DNA from: Eubacteriales bacterium
GTDB lineage: Bacteria > Bacillota > Clostridia > Oscillospirales > CAG-272
NCBI GenBank assembly: GCA_045535815.1
Contig: JAZSMJ010000068.1
Span: 5,459 to 69,458 of the forward strand
Length of the DNA: 64,000 bases
Direction: 5' to 3'
Position numbers and translations under genes: made by a program. The notes below the pieces were generated by a model. It was given only the letters and a program-made list of their open reading frames with translations. It was not told the origin of the DNA and ran no database searches. How positions within the stretch are numbered: the stretch's first letter is position 1; every line of letters begins with the position of its first letter. Positions 8,507 through 16,616 of the stretch are shown piece after piece.

Positions 8507-10726
8507 TTATTCTGTAATTTCTACAAGCTTAAGTGAGGATATTGCAAAAACGGTGTCACCCTCCGAGAGAGCGTTATCGTTTCCAAAAATAATGAAGAAT
8601 GAATTGAAATCACGAACATTGAAGGAGCCGCCTATAGAATTAAAGGTGATAAACCAGGTGTTCCAGCCTTTTTCAATGCTTTTCCAAAGCTGTTTGCTGC
8701 TGCTTACTCCGTAATCAAGGCGGGTCTTGATATCATAATCTCCCGGCTTTGAAAGATTATTTCCGGATTTAGATACAGAATTGCCCCAGAACATACGGTA
8801 TACAGTAGAGGGATCGGTGATTTTCTTTGAGCTGTAAAAGGTCATAACGAAGCCGAGGCGGTCTATATCAGTCTTTGACAGATCAACGTTAAAGTGACGT
8901 CTCAGTGTTTGGTTGCCGGCTGATATGGCGGTTGAAGACTGCTTGCGGCATACTGCGTTAACACCGTCTATTTTTTCATAGGCAACGTTATTTTTACCCG
9001 TAGAGCCGTCGCCTGTCCACCATGAGTCCGAGTCAACAAGCTCGCAGATAACTGTATGCTCGGGAATGGCAACATCCTTACCTGCGTATGCCTGCTCGTA
9101 GAGTACGGACTGATAGTTGGGATCGTAATCCTTAGGCTCTATAGATGAAAGAGGTACTATAGCAAGCTCGCAGTCCTCTTTGTTTTTGGCGTATACCACG
9201 TAGAGATTTCCGTCTGCCTCGTATGCATAAGGGTAGCTCCACTCATTCGACGCCCAGTAAACAGGCTTGGAATCAAATACGTTTTTGAGAATATATGACG
9301 TGGTAAATCCATAGGATCCGTCCTTTTCTCCTACCGATATCATCATAGTTGCACGCGAACCTAAGTTGTAAACTATATATTTGCTTCCTGTGCTGAGAGT
9401 ACCGCCGTATACCTTTGAATCGGCAATATTGAAATCTGAAAGAGTAAACGAGGTCCACGTTTCACCGTTGTCAAAGCTTTGGCTTACCGCCATTTTTGAA
9501 GATGCCGATCTTATAAATGCAACAAGTCTGTCACCGTAATCGACGACCGATGTCTCTCCCCACACAGAAAGATTGTTTTTGTTCGGAAGTGTTATCATTC
9601 TCCACGAGGTAAGGTCATCTCCGTCAGATATTGCAACTGCCGGAGCAGCACCGCTTTTGCAGTTGAGCCCTGCAATAAGAATGTTTCCGTTTTCAAGCAC
9701 CATAGGCTCGCAAAGAGGCCAGAAATTCTCATCAAGGACGGTGCCGTGCGATTCCCAACTCATATCCTCGCAAAGTGTATATGCTTCCATAACCAGACCG
9801 GGGTATCCTCCACCGTGACCGTACATCGCCTTGGGGGCAAACGCCCAGACTGTGTTCTCGTATTCAAACAGAACTCCGTGGCTTCTTGAATAGCGTCCTT
9901 CAGGACCCGCTATTACAACCTCTTCGCTCCATGTCTTACCCATGTCGTAGGAATACTTGCAGGCAAATCGTGAGCCTGAATCGTTTTCGGTAAGGAGTCC
10001 CTGGCCGTAGGCGCAGATAAGAAAACCGTCGTGCTTTATGATAGATGCGCCCAAAAGGAAATGGTGTCCGTCTGCCTGAGCCTTATGTACGGAAACGTAT
10101 TCAATATCCTCAGCAAAGGTAACATCGCCGTTTTTGGGGTTAAGCTTTGCGTTATTTATAAGCTCCATATCAGGGTAGATCTCCTCCGTGGGTTTTTTAA
10201 GCAGGTTAAATGACAAAATTGAAACGTCAATAGCATCTATAAACATATCGGAATTTATATCAGCTGATGCGTATGCAGCCGGTCCTGCAGACTTTCCGAT
10301 ATCGTATGATAAAGCCGAAACGTCACCGGCGTCAATAAAGCCGTCTCCGGTAATGTCACCGGGAGTAAGAGCAATTTCCGATATTCCGGGAATATACGTC
10401 TCGGTAAGATCAATGCTTGAGCTTACGTCGATGCCCTTTACAGTGTATCCAAGATTGTTACCGCCAGATATAACAAGATCGTATATACCGCTCTCAAGTC
10501 CCGAGAGAGAGAATTTACGTTCGATAGCATCAGAGCTCTTTACGGGCTCAAGGATAGTGTGGCATATCTCAATTCCGTTACAAAGGGCGGTAATTTTAGT
10601 TTCGGAATAGTTGAAATAACCGATTATGTTTCCGCTTATACCGAAGTCAGCTGCATAAACTGTAAACGATACTGATAATAGAATTAAAGCAAAAGCAAAG
10701 GTAAATAAAATCTTAATTTTTTTCAT
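8507..10726 (-). CDS. Secreted dockerin-containing sialidase-fold/BNR protein with a C-terminal CBM-like domain
   Basis: Signal peptide MKKIKILFTFAFALILLSVSFTVYA, then an Ig-like module. A dockerin duplicated motif follows (GDITGDGFIDAGDVS...ADINSDMFIDAIDVS). The BNR domain has SYDMGKTW and SFDNGETW. The last ~190 aa are beta-rich. Confidence 0.75.
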   Translation of the reverse strand: MKKIKILFTFAFALILLSVSFTVYAADFGISGNIIGYFNYSETKITALCNGIEICHTILEPVKSSDAIERKFSLSGLESGIYDLVISGGNNLGYTVKGIDVSSSIDLTETYIPGISEIALTPGDITGDGFIDAGDVSALSYDIGKSAGPAAYASADINSDMFIDAIDVSILSFNLLKKPTEEIYPDMELINNAKLNPKNGDVTFAEDIEYVSVHKAQADGHHFLLGASIIKHDGFLICAYGQGLLTENDSGSRFACKYSYDMGKTWSEEVVIAGPEGRYSRSHGVLFEYENTVWAFAPKAMYGHGGGYPGLVMEAYTLCEDMSWESHGTVLDENFWPLCEPMVLENGNILIAGLNCKSGAAPAVAISDGDDLTSWRMITLPNKNNLSVWGETSVVDYGDRLVAFIRSASSKMAVSQSFDNGETWTSFTLSDFNIADSKVYGGTLSTGSKYIVYNLGSRATMMISVGEKDGSYGFTTSYILKNVFDSKPVYWASNEWSYPYAYEADGNLYVVYAKNKEDCELAIVPLSSIEPKDYDPNYQSVLYEQAYAGKDVAIPEHTVICELVDSDSWWTGDGSTGKNNVAYEKIDGVNAVCRKQSSTAISAGNQTLRRHFNVDLSKTDIDRLGFVMTFYSSKKITDPSTVYRMFWGNSVSKSGNNLSKPGDYDIKTRLDYGVSSSKQLWKSIEKGWNTWFITFNSIGGSFNVRDFNSFFIIFGNDNALSEGDTVFAISSLKLVEITE

Positions 10727-10748
10727 TTTCTGTATGACCTCATTTTAT

Positions 10749-11435
10749 TTATTGTTTTTCGGTTAAATCACTCAGGTTATTGAATATGCCGTTTACGTGG
10801 AAAATCATAGCCTTTTCTGCCTCATTTGCAGATCCCTTGGCTATTGCCGAGACAATATCCTTATGCATTGATATCGCGTGCACGCCGTTTCCTTCAACAG
10901 CGAAAAGGTTAGCTCTGTAATCGGTAAGCTTTTCGTTCAGTATAGATAATATGGAGATCAGCACCTCGTTTTTTGAAAGCTCGGCTATCTTCATATGAAG
11001 ACGGTCGTCACTCTCCGCCATGCCGATGGGGTCATTTTTAGCATATGCATCCTCGTATCTGTAAAGCAGTCCCCAAAGGAACGTAACCTCATCCTCGCTT
11101 GCGTTTTTGGCTGCAAGTGATGCGCAGAGCGGTTCGATAGCTCTTCTTGCTTCAAGGATATCCTTTAAAGCGTACTTATTTTTTGCAAGCCAGCCTGATG
11201 CACTTTTGCTTTCACTCGGCAAATCTTCAGATACGAACGCACCGCGACCGGGCTTTATTTCAACGTATCCCGCCGCCTCAAGTGAGCGCAAAGCCTCTCT
11301 GAGACTTGTTCTGCTGACCGATAGAGTGGAGCAAAGCACTGCTTCAGACGGAAGCTTTTCTCCAAGCGGATACGCTCCCGACTTTATGTTTTTTCTAAGC
11401 TGTTCAAAAACGGTATTTGCAACTGTTTTTTTCAT
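10749..11435 (-). CDS. GntR-family regulator, FadR subfamily (FCD domain)
   Basis: The N-terminus is a GntR HTH (LPSEAVLCSTLSVSRTSLREALRSLEAAGYVEIKPGRGAFV). The C-terminus is an all-helical FCD-like domain. Confidence 0.85.
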   Translation of the reverse strand: MKKTVANTVFEQLRKNIKSGAYPLGEKLPSEAVLCSTLSVSRTSLREALRSLEAAGYVEIKPGRGAFVSEDLPSESKSASGWLAKNKYALKDILEARRAIEPLCASLAAKNASEDEVTFLWGLLYRYEDAYAKNDPIGMAESDDRLHMKIAELSKNEVLISILSILNEKLTDYRANLFAVEGNGVHAISMHKDIVSAIAKGSANEAEKAMIFHVNGIFNNLSDLTEKQ

Positions 11436-11622
11436 ATGGACCTACCTTAAAGTTGTGATATTGTATGACATCGTACAATATTATAACACGACGATATCAT
11501 TTTGTCAATAGATTATCAGGAACACCCACAAACTTAATTGAAAAACTATTGTTTTTCCTGCAAAGATTAGTTATAATAATGTTGATAACGTGTAAAAAAA
11601 AGTCAGATAAACGGAGAATTAT

Positions 11623-11702
11623 AATGAATTACCGTAAGTTAAAAAATAGATATTCGCCTCTTCTGCTTCTGATAGCTGTTATTTTAGCGCTGATTTTGCA
11701 GG
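11623..11702 (+). repeat. Copy C: the intact, functional version of the repeated signal-sequence segment, inside the VanY-type gene
   Basis: See copy B. It encodes MNYRKLKNRYSPLLLLIAVILALILQGC with an intact lipobox. Confidence 0.8.
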
Positions 11703-12691
11703 GCTGTGACGGCAGCGAGGGCGCTGTTATAACCGAGCAGACGAGCGAGGGCACGGATGCCGAAGCCGTTATCGAGATGACTAGGGCCGAGCAGGATGAA
11801 ACGGAGGAAACCGTTGAATATACCGAAACGGAACCCGAAGTGCAGAGTGAAACAGAGCCTGAATCTCTTACGGAAACAGAGCCCGAATCGGAGGACGAGG
11901 TATATACAGAGCAAAGCGTCGGTGTGACCGATATAAGCCTTTCAACCTATGACGTCAGCATAATAGTAGGGCAGTCAAAAATGCCTATCGTTACCATGTA
12001 TCCCGAAAATGCCACCGATAAGGGCGAGAAATGGGTAAGCTCGGATGAATCGGTCGCAAGCGTTAATTGGTACGGTGATATCCTGGGAGTCTCCGAGGGT
12101 GAATGCACCGTAACGGTCACCTCGACGGATAATCCAGAGGTGTTTGCAACCGTAAACGTTAAGGTAACGCCGGACGTTGAGTGCACCTACATAGATGGAA
12201 TACTCATAGTTAACAAGACCTATCCGCTTCCCATGAGCTATGCTCCCGGGAACGATCAGGAGGCGGTGGATGCGCTGTACGTTATGTTTGCCGCCGCAAA
12301 GGAGGAGGGTCTTACGCTTTTTGTCAAATCGGGCTACAGAAGCTATATCGACCAGAAGATAATATATAACGATTACGTTGCAAGAGACGGACAGTCGGTC
12401 GCCGACAGATATTCCGCACGCCCCGGACATTCGGAGCATCAGAGCGGTCTTGCCTTTGATCTGAACTCGCTTATGCAGGATTTCGGAGAGAGCCCGGAGG
12501 GAATATGGCTTGCCGAAAACTGCTATAAATACGGATTTATCATAAGATACCCCAAGGATAAAGAAGAAATAACCGGCTATATGTACGAGCCCTGGCACGT
12601 TCGCTATCTTGGAATAGATACGGCAGAGAAGGTATATGAAAGCGGCCTATGCCTTGAGGAATATCTCGGGATAACGTCGTCGTATTCGTGA
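11624..12691 (+). CDS. Lipoprotein D-alanyl-D-alanine carboxypeptidase (peptidase M15B/VanY family) with acidic linker and Big_2-like domain
   Basis: Lipobox LILQGC, an ETEPE-type acidic repeat linker and a Big_2-like segment. VanY motifs are SGYRSY, SEHQSGLAFD and EPWHVRYLG. The ATG at 11624 has an RBS, and the longer annotated N-terminus is unlikely. Confidence 0.8.
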   Translation: MNYRKLKNRYSPLLLLIAVILALILQGCDGSEGAVITEQTSEGTDAEAVIEMTRAEQDETEETVEYTETEPEVQSETEPESLTETEPESEDEVYTEQSVGVTDISLSTYDVSIIVGQSKMPIVTMYPENATDKGEKWVSSDESVASVNWYGDILGVSEGECTVTVTSTDNPEVFATVNVKVTPDVECTYIDGILIVNKTYPLPMSYAPGNDQEAVDALYVMFAAAKEEGLTLFVKSGYRSYIDQKIIYNDYVARDGQSVADRYSARPGHSEHQSGLAFDLNSLMQDFGESPEGIWLAENCYKYGFIIRYPKDKEEITGYMYEPWHVRYLGIDTAEKVYESGLCLEEYLGITSSYS

Positions 12692-12734
12692 TATTTGCAA
12701 AAAAACTTTTAGAAAAAATACAGGAGCTTTAAAA

Positions 12735-13958
12735 ATGAACGGTACAAAACAAAATCTTTCGGTGCGCTTTGCATATTTGGTTATAGGCGTTATTGCTATG
12801 CTGTTTGCAGGTATACTGTACGCATGGTCTATTTTGAAATCGCCCCTGTCATCCGAGTTTGGCTGGGGTGCATCTCAGCTCGCTCTGAACTTTACGCTTG
12901 CTATGAGCTTTTTCTGTATAGGCGGACTGCTTGGAGCCAAGCTGTCAGGACGGTTTGGTCATCGGATAGCACTGATCGTCAGCGGTATACTGTCTGCGCT
13001 GGGATTCGTAATGACCGCCCTTTTGCCCGGCACGTACGTATGGATGCTTTACGTTACGTACGGAGTTTTGGCAGGCACGGGGATTGGTATAGCGTATAAC
13101 GTAGTTATCGCTACGGTAAGCGCTTGGTTCCCGGATAAGAAGGGGCTTTGTTCAGGATGTCTTATGATGGGCTTTGGCGCCTCTGCGCTGTTGCTCGGTA
13201 ACGTGGCAGATGCAATGTTCAAGGGCAGCTTCGGATGGCGCAAGACCTATATGATATTGGGGGCGGCGATCTGTGCCGTTATGATAATCGCAGGATTTTT
13301 ACTCAGAAAGCCCGGCTCTGACGTGATCTTCCCGCAGCCGACTGCTTCTAAAGCATCGTCGGGTGAGAGCTTTGAGCGCAAGGATTATACGTCGACTCAG
13401 ATGCTGAAGCGTCCGTCCTTTTGGATGGCGTTCGTATGCATTTCATTTCTTGCGGCGGTCGGAAGCTCGGTCATAAGCTTTGCAAAGGATCTGGCTCTGT
13501 CTGTGAATGCTCCCGAATCCCTTGCGGTGTCCTTGGTTGGAGTTTTGTCTGTCTGTAACGGCATTGGACGAATAATCACAGGTGCTGTTTTTGATGCCAT
13601 CGGGCGCAGAAAAACCATGCTGTGTGCAAATTTCCTTACCGTCTGTGCCGCTACCGTTACCCTGATAGCAGTAACCGTAGGATCCTTGCCGCTGTGTATT
13701 GCAGGACTGTGCCTGACGGGAATATCGTACGGATCGTGTCCCACCATCACCGCCGCCTTTACGTCTTCGTTTTTTGGAATGAAGCATTTCTCAACCAATA
13801 TGGCGCTTATGACGTTTACGGTAATGGGCGGATCGCTTATAGCAACCGTGTCAAATAAAGTTTTAGAGGCAACGGGCGGATATACCGCCGCATTTGCGAT
13901 GCTTCTTTTGCTTACGCTGACGGCATTGGTGCTGAATTTCTTTATTCGCAAGCCATAA
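12735..13958 (+). CDS. MFS transporter, oxalate/formate antiporter (OFA)-like
   Basis: 12-TM profile. The N-terminal motif VIGVIAMLFAGILYAWSILKSPLSSEFGW is typical of OFA-type MFS proteins. Confidence 0.8.
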   Translation: MNGTKQNLSVRFAYLVIGVIAMLFAGILYAWSILKSPLSSEFGWGASQLALNFTLAMSFFCIGGLLGAKLSGRFGHRIALIVSGILSALGFVMTALLPGTYVWMLYVTYGVLAGTGIGIAYNVVIATVSAWFPDKKGLCSGCLMMGFGASALLLGNVADAMFKGSFGWRKTYMILGAAICAVMIIAGFLLRKPGSDVIFPQPTASKASSGESFERKDYTSTQMLKRPSFWMAFVCISFLAAVGSSVISFAKDLALSVNAPESLAVSLVGVLSVCNGIGRIITGAVFDAIGRRKTMLCANFLTVCAATVTLIAVTVGSLPLCIAGLCLTGISYGSCPTITAAFTSSFFGMKHFSTNMALMTFTVMGGSLIATVSNKVLEATGGYTAAFAMLLLLTLTALVLNFFIRKP

Positions 13959-13963
13959 AACGG

Positions 13964-13992
13964 TTGCAACGGCTAAGTGCGTATGCTATAAT
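13964..13992 (+). promoter_or_regulatory. Sigma-A-type promoter driving the retron ncRNA/RT
   Basis: TTGCAA (13964-13969), 17-nt spacer, TATAAT (13987-13992). Confidence 0.65.
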
Positions 13993-13996
13993 AAAG

Positions 13997-14181
13997 TGAA
14001 CAATAGTGTTATTCCGCTAAGGCAGAAGCCGTAAGCGAGTCGCTTACGGTATACAAAAAATTGATCGTATTCGCAAGCTCAGATGAAAATGCTCGGAGTA
14101 ATCCCACACTTCGTGTGTCAATGCGGCCCTGCCGCATGACATTACACCTGCGCTTTTCATTATACAAATTAGTATTGTTCA
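13997..14181 (+). ncRNA. Candidate retron msr-msd non-coding RNA
   Basis: It lies between the promoter and the RT start. The terminal inverted repeats are a1 tgaacaata (13997-14005) and a2 tattgttca (14173-14181). Internal hairpins are ccgtaagcg/cgcttacgg (14029-14049) and an imperfect stem tgtcaatgcggc/gccgcatgaca (14116-14141). Confidence 0.6.
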
Positions 14182-14193
14182 AGGATTTTTGTT

Positions 14194-15120
14194 ATGATAG
14201 TGTACAAGGAGCTTTCTTCAATCGAGAGGGATCTCGGTATCCCTGCAAAAACGCTCTACGGAGTCAGTAATAATATATCGGCACATTACCGAAAGGTTAA
14301 GATTCCCAAAAGGGACGGAAGCTACCGTGTGCTGTCCGTTCCGGACGAGGTGCTGAAAAGGATACAGCGATCTATCGCCCTGAATCTTTTGGCATACGAG
14401 GAGATCTCGGTATACGCAAAGGCCTACAAGATAGGTGCAGGCGTGAAAAATAACGCTCTGCCGCATATCGGAAAGAGCTCTGTGCTAAAGCTGGATATAC
14501 GGAATTTTTTTGACAGCATTACCTATTCCTCGGTAAAAGAAAAGGTCTTTCCCGAAAATAAATATTCGGAAAAGATCAGAATACTTCTATCCATGCTCTG
14601 CTATTGCGGTGAGGTGCTTCCTCAGGGTGCGCCTACCTCGCCCGTCATTACCAATATCATAATGAGGGATTTTGACGAGACAGTCGGCGCATGGTGCGCT
14701 CTGCGCTCGGTAAGCTATACAAGATACTGCGACGATATGACCTTCTCGGGAGAGCTTGATACCGATGAGATCATAGAGTTCGTTTCGGATCAGCTTAAAA
14801 AGCGCGGCTTGTTTTTGAATAAAAGCAAGACTAAGCACGCACGTTTTGGTCAAAGACAGACCGTTACCGGAATAGTCGTAAACCAAAAGATAAATATATC
14901 GAGCGAATATAAGCGCAAGATAAGGCAGGAGGTCTTTTATTGCCGTAAATTCGGTGTAGAGGGGCATCTTGCGAGGATAGGGGAGGATATTTCACCCGCA
15001 AAATATTTAAGCAGTCTTATGGGACGCATAAACTACGTTTTGCAGATGCTTCCCGAAAACGAGGAGTTCAAAGGCTACAGATCAGCCGTCTCCGATATGA
15101 TAAAAAATGAAAATAAATAA
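14194..15120 (+). CDS. Retron-type reverse transcriptase
   Basis: 308 aa with motifs NALPH (NAxxH), LDIRNFFDSI, LPQGAPTSPVITNI, YTRYCDDMTFS (YxDD) and the retron-typical VTGIVVN. Confidence 0.85.
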   Translation: MIVYKELSSIERDLGIPAKTLYGVSNNISAHYRKVKIPKRDGSYRVLSVPDEVLKRIQRSIALNLLAYEEISVYAKAYKIGAGVKNNALPHIGKSSVLKLDIRNFFDSITYSSVKEKVFPENKYSEKIRILLSMLCYCGEVLPQGAPTSPVITNIIMRDFDETVGAWCALRSVSYTRYCDDMTFSGELDTDEIIEFVSDQLKKRGLFLNKSKTKHARFGQRQTVTGIVVNQKINISSEYKRKIRQEVFYCRKFGVEGHLARIGEDISPAKYLSSLMGRINYVLQMLPENEEFKGYRSAVSDMIKNENK

Positions 15121-15143
15121 GATCCGAGGCACAGCCTCGGATC
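15121..15143. terminator. Bidirectional terminator shared by the RT gene and spoIVB
   Basis: gatccgaggc-aca-gcctcggatc, a 10-bp perfect stem. Confidence 0.7.
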
Positions 15144-15147
15144 TTAT

Positions 15148-16392
15148 TTATGATGCCGCTTCAAGCATATTTTCTATAAAGATTCCGTAGCCTCTCGTAG
15201 GGTCGTTTACAAGAACGTGGGTCACTGCTCCGATTATACGTCCGTCCTGTATGATGGGTGAGCCGCTCATTCCCTGAACGATTCCGCCGGTTGCTTGAAG
15301 AAGAGCCGGATCGGTGACCTCAACTATAAAGTTTTTCGTTTGAGAATTCATATCGCAGATGCGTTCTATATTTACCGAATACTGATTTACCTTGTTATCG
15401 TCAAGGGTGCAGTATATAAATGCCTCGCCTTCCTTGACCTCGCTCTTGAGAGCGATAGGTATTGCATTTGATGCAAGGCTTTGCGGTATCGAATCTATTT
15501 TACCGTAAACTCCGGTTCCTGTATTGGCTGAAAGTGTTCCTATATTTGCAGTGCCGAAAAAGCCCTTGAGCTCTCCCGGAGTGCCTTTTATTCCCTTGGT
15601 TATTCCGCTGACGGTAACGTTTACCACAGATCCCTTTAAAAGAGGCATCAGCTCCTCGGTGTCTATATCGCATATGCCGTGTCCCAGCCCCGCAAACGCA
15701 CCGCTTGAGGGATCTATATAGGTAACGGTGCCTATTCCTGCGGTGCTGTCTCTTATCCATATACCTGCCTTGTATTTTCCGTCAGATGATGAATACACGG
15801 GCCTTAGTGTAAAATTACATTCATTCTCGCCACGCATCAGCTTGATCGTTACGGCACTGCCGTTACATTCTTCAATAGCTGCACTCACCTGCGCCGCTGA
15901 GTTTACCTCCTTGCCGTTTATCTCGGTAATTATATCCTTTATCCGTATACCTGCATCGGAAGCGGGATTTGAGGTGCTGCCGTCATCCGAGACAACGTCT
16001 GACAGTCCGACGACTATGACTCCCTTGGTATAAAGCTTCACACCGAACGCCATCCCGCCGGGATAGAGAACGGCACGGTCATAGACTCGAACGTCCACCT
16101 CCTTTATATTTATCGAATCAAAAAGCTTAGCGGCGGCGGTATAGCTTCCGACAAAGCCGTTTGAAGAGGCGGGCAGCTCGTTCATTTGGTCGGACGAGAC
16201 CGTTATAAACGGGCAATTTATACTCGGTGTGTCTGCGGCATAAACGGATATGCTGTCCGGTATGGCATTATCAAGCACACCGCAGACGGCACATATCGAC
16301 GCAAACAGCGAAAACAGCAGTATCGGAAGCGAAGGCATTCGTTTTTTGAAGTGAGGCATTGTTTTGCGTGCTTTAAAAATAGAAAAATTCAT
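15148..16392 (-). CDS. spoIVB: SpoIVB peptidase (S55, PDZ-containing stage IV sporulation signalling protease)
   Basis: The C-terminus GGIVQGMSGSPIIQDGRIIGAVTHVLVNDPTRGYGIFIENML is diagnostic, and there is a PDZ-like middle region. The start may be a downstream Met. Confidence 0.85.
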   Translation of the reverse strand: MNFSIFKARKTMPHFKKRMPSLPILLFSLFASICAVCGVLDNAIPDSISVYAADTPSINCPFITVSSDQMNELPASSNGFVGSYTAAAKLFDSINIKEVDVRVYDRAVLYPGGMAFGVKLYTKGVIVVGLSDVVSDDGSTSNPASDAGIRIKDIITEINGKEVNSAAQVSAAIEECNGSAVTIKLMRGENECNFTLRPVYSSSDGKYKAGIWIRDSTAGIGTVTYIDPSSGAFAGLGHGICDIDTEELMPLLKGSVVNVTVSGITKGIKGTPGELKGFFGTANIGTLSANTGTGVYGKIDSIPQSLASNAIPIALKSEVKEGEAFIYCTLDDNKVNQYSVNIERICDMNSQTKNFIVEVTDPALLQATGGIVQGMSGSPIIQDGRIIGAVTHVLVNDPTRGYGIFIENMLEAAS

Positions 16393-16564
16393 TGCAGATC
16401 CTCGTTTTTCCGATTTGTCAAATTATTGATTATGAGTACTTTCTTTAAAAAAGAGAATACATAGATAATGTGTTCCGTATCGGTTTTTTTATGTGTTGCA
16501 AAATTTAGATATAAAACCGATATTTTTTGATATAAATATAATATGATCGTAAAATGATATTTTT

Positions 16565-16600
16565 AAACAAAAAAGCATCGGAAGATTTCTCTTCCGATGC
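16565..16600 (-). terminator. Terminator of kdgK
   Basis: gcatcggaag-atttct-cttccgatgc, followed by a U-run on the minus strand. Confidence 0.7.
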
Positions 16601-16616
16601 ATAAATTCTATTGGTC

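Noticed and set aside
11786-11900. Repetitive ETEPE/SETEPES-coding DNA in the VanY-type gene, considered as a possible tandem-repeat element.
   Set aside because: It is an in-frame acidic low-complexity linker between the lipobox and the Big_2-like domain. It is imperfect at the DNA level and is an ordinary feature of surface lipoproteins.
12735-13958. The MFS transporter as the retron effector.
   Set aside because: It is a full 12-TM OFA-type transporter with ordinary features. It ends before the retron's own promoter. Known membrane effectors of retrons are small proteins with about 2 TM segments. This is kept only as a low-probability option inside the retron finding.
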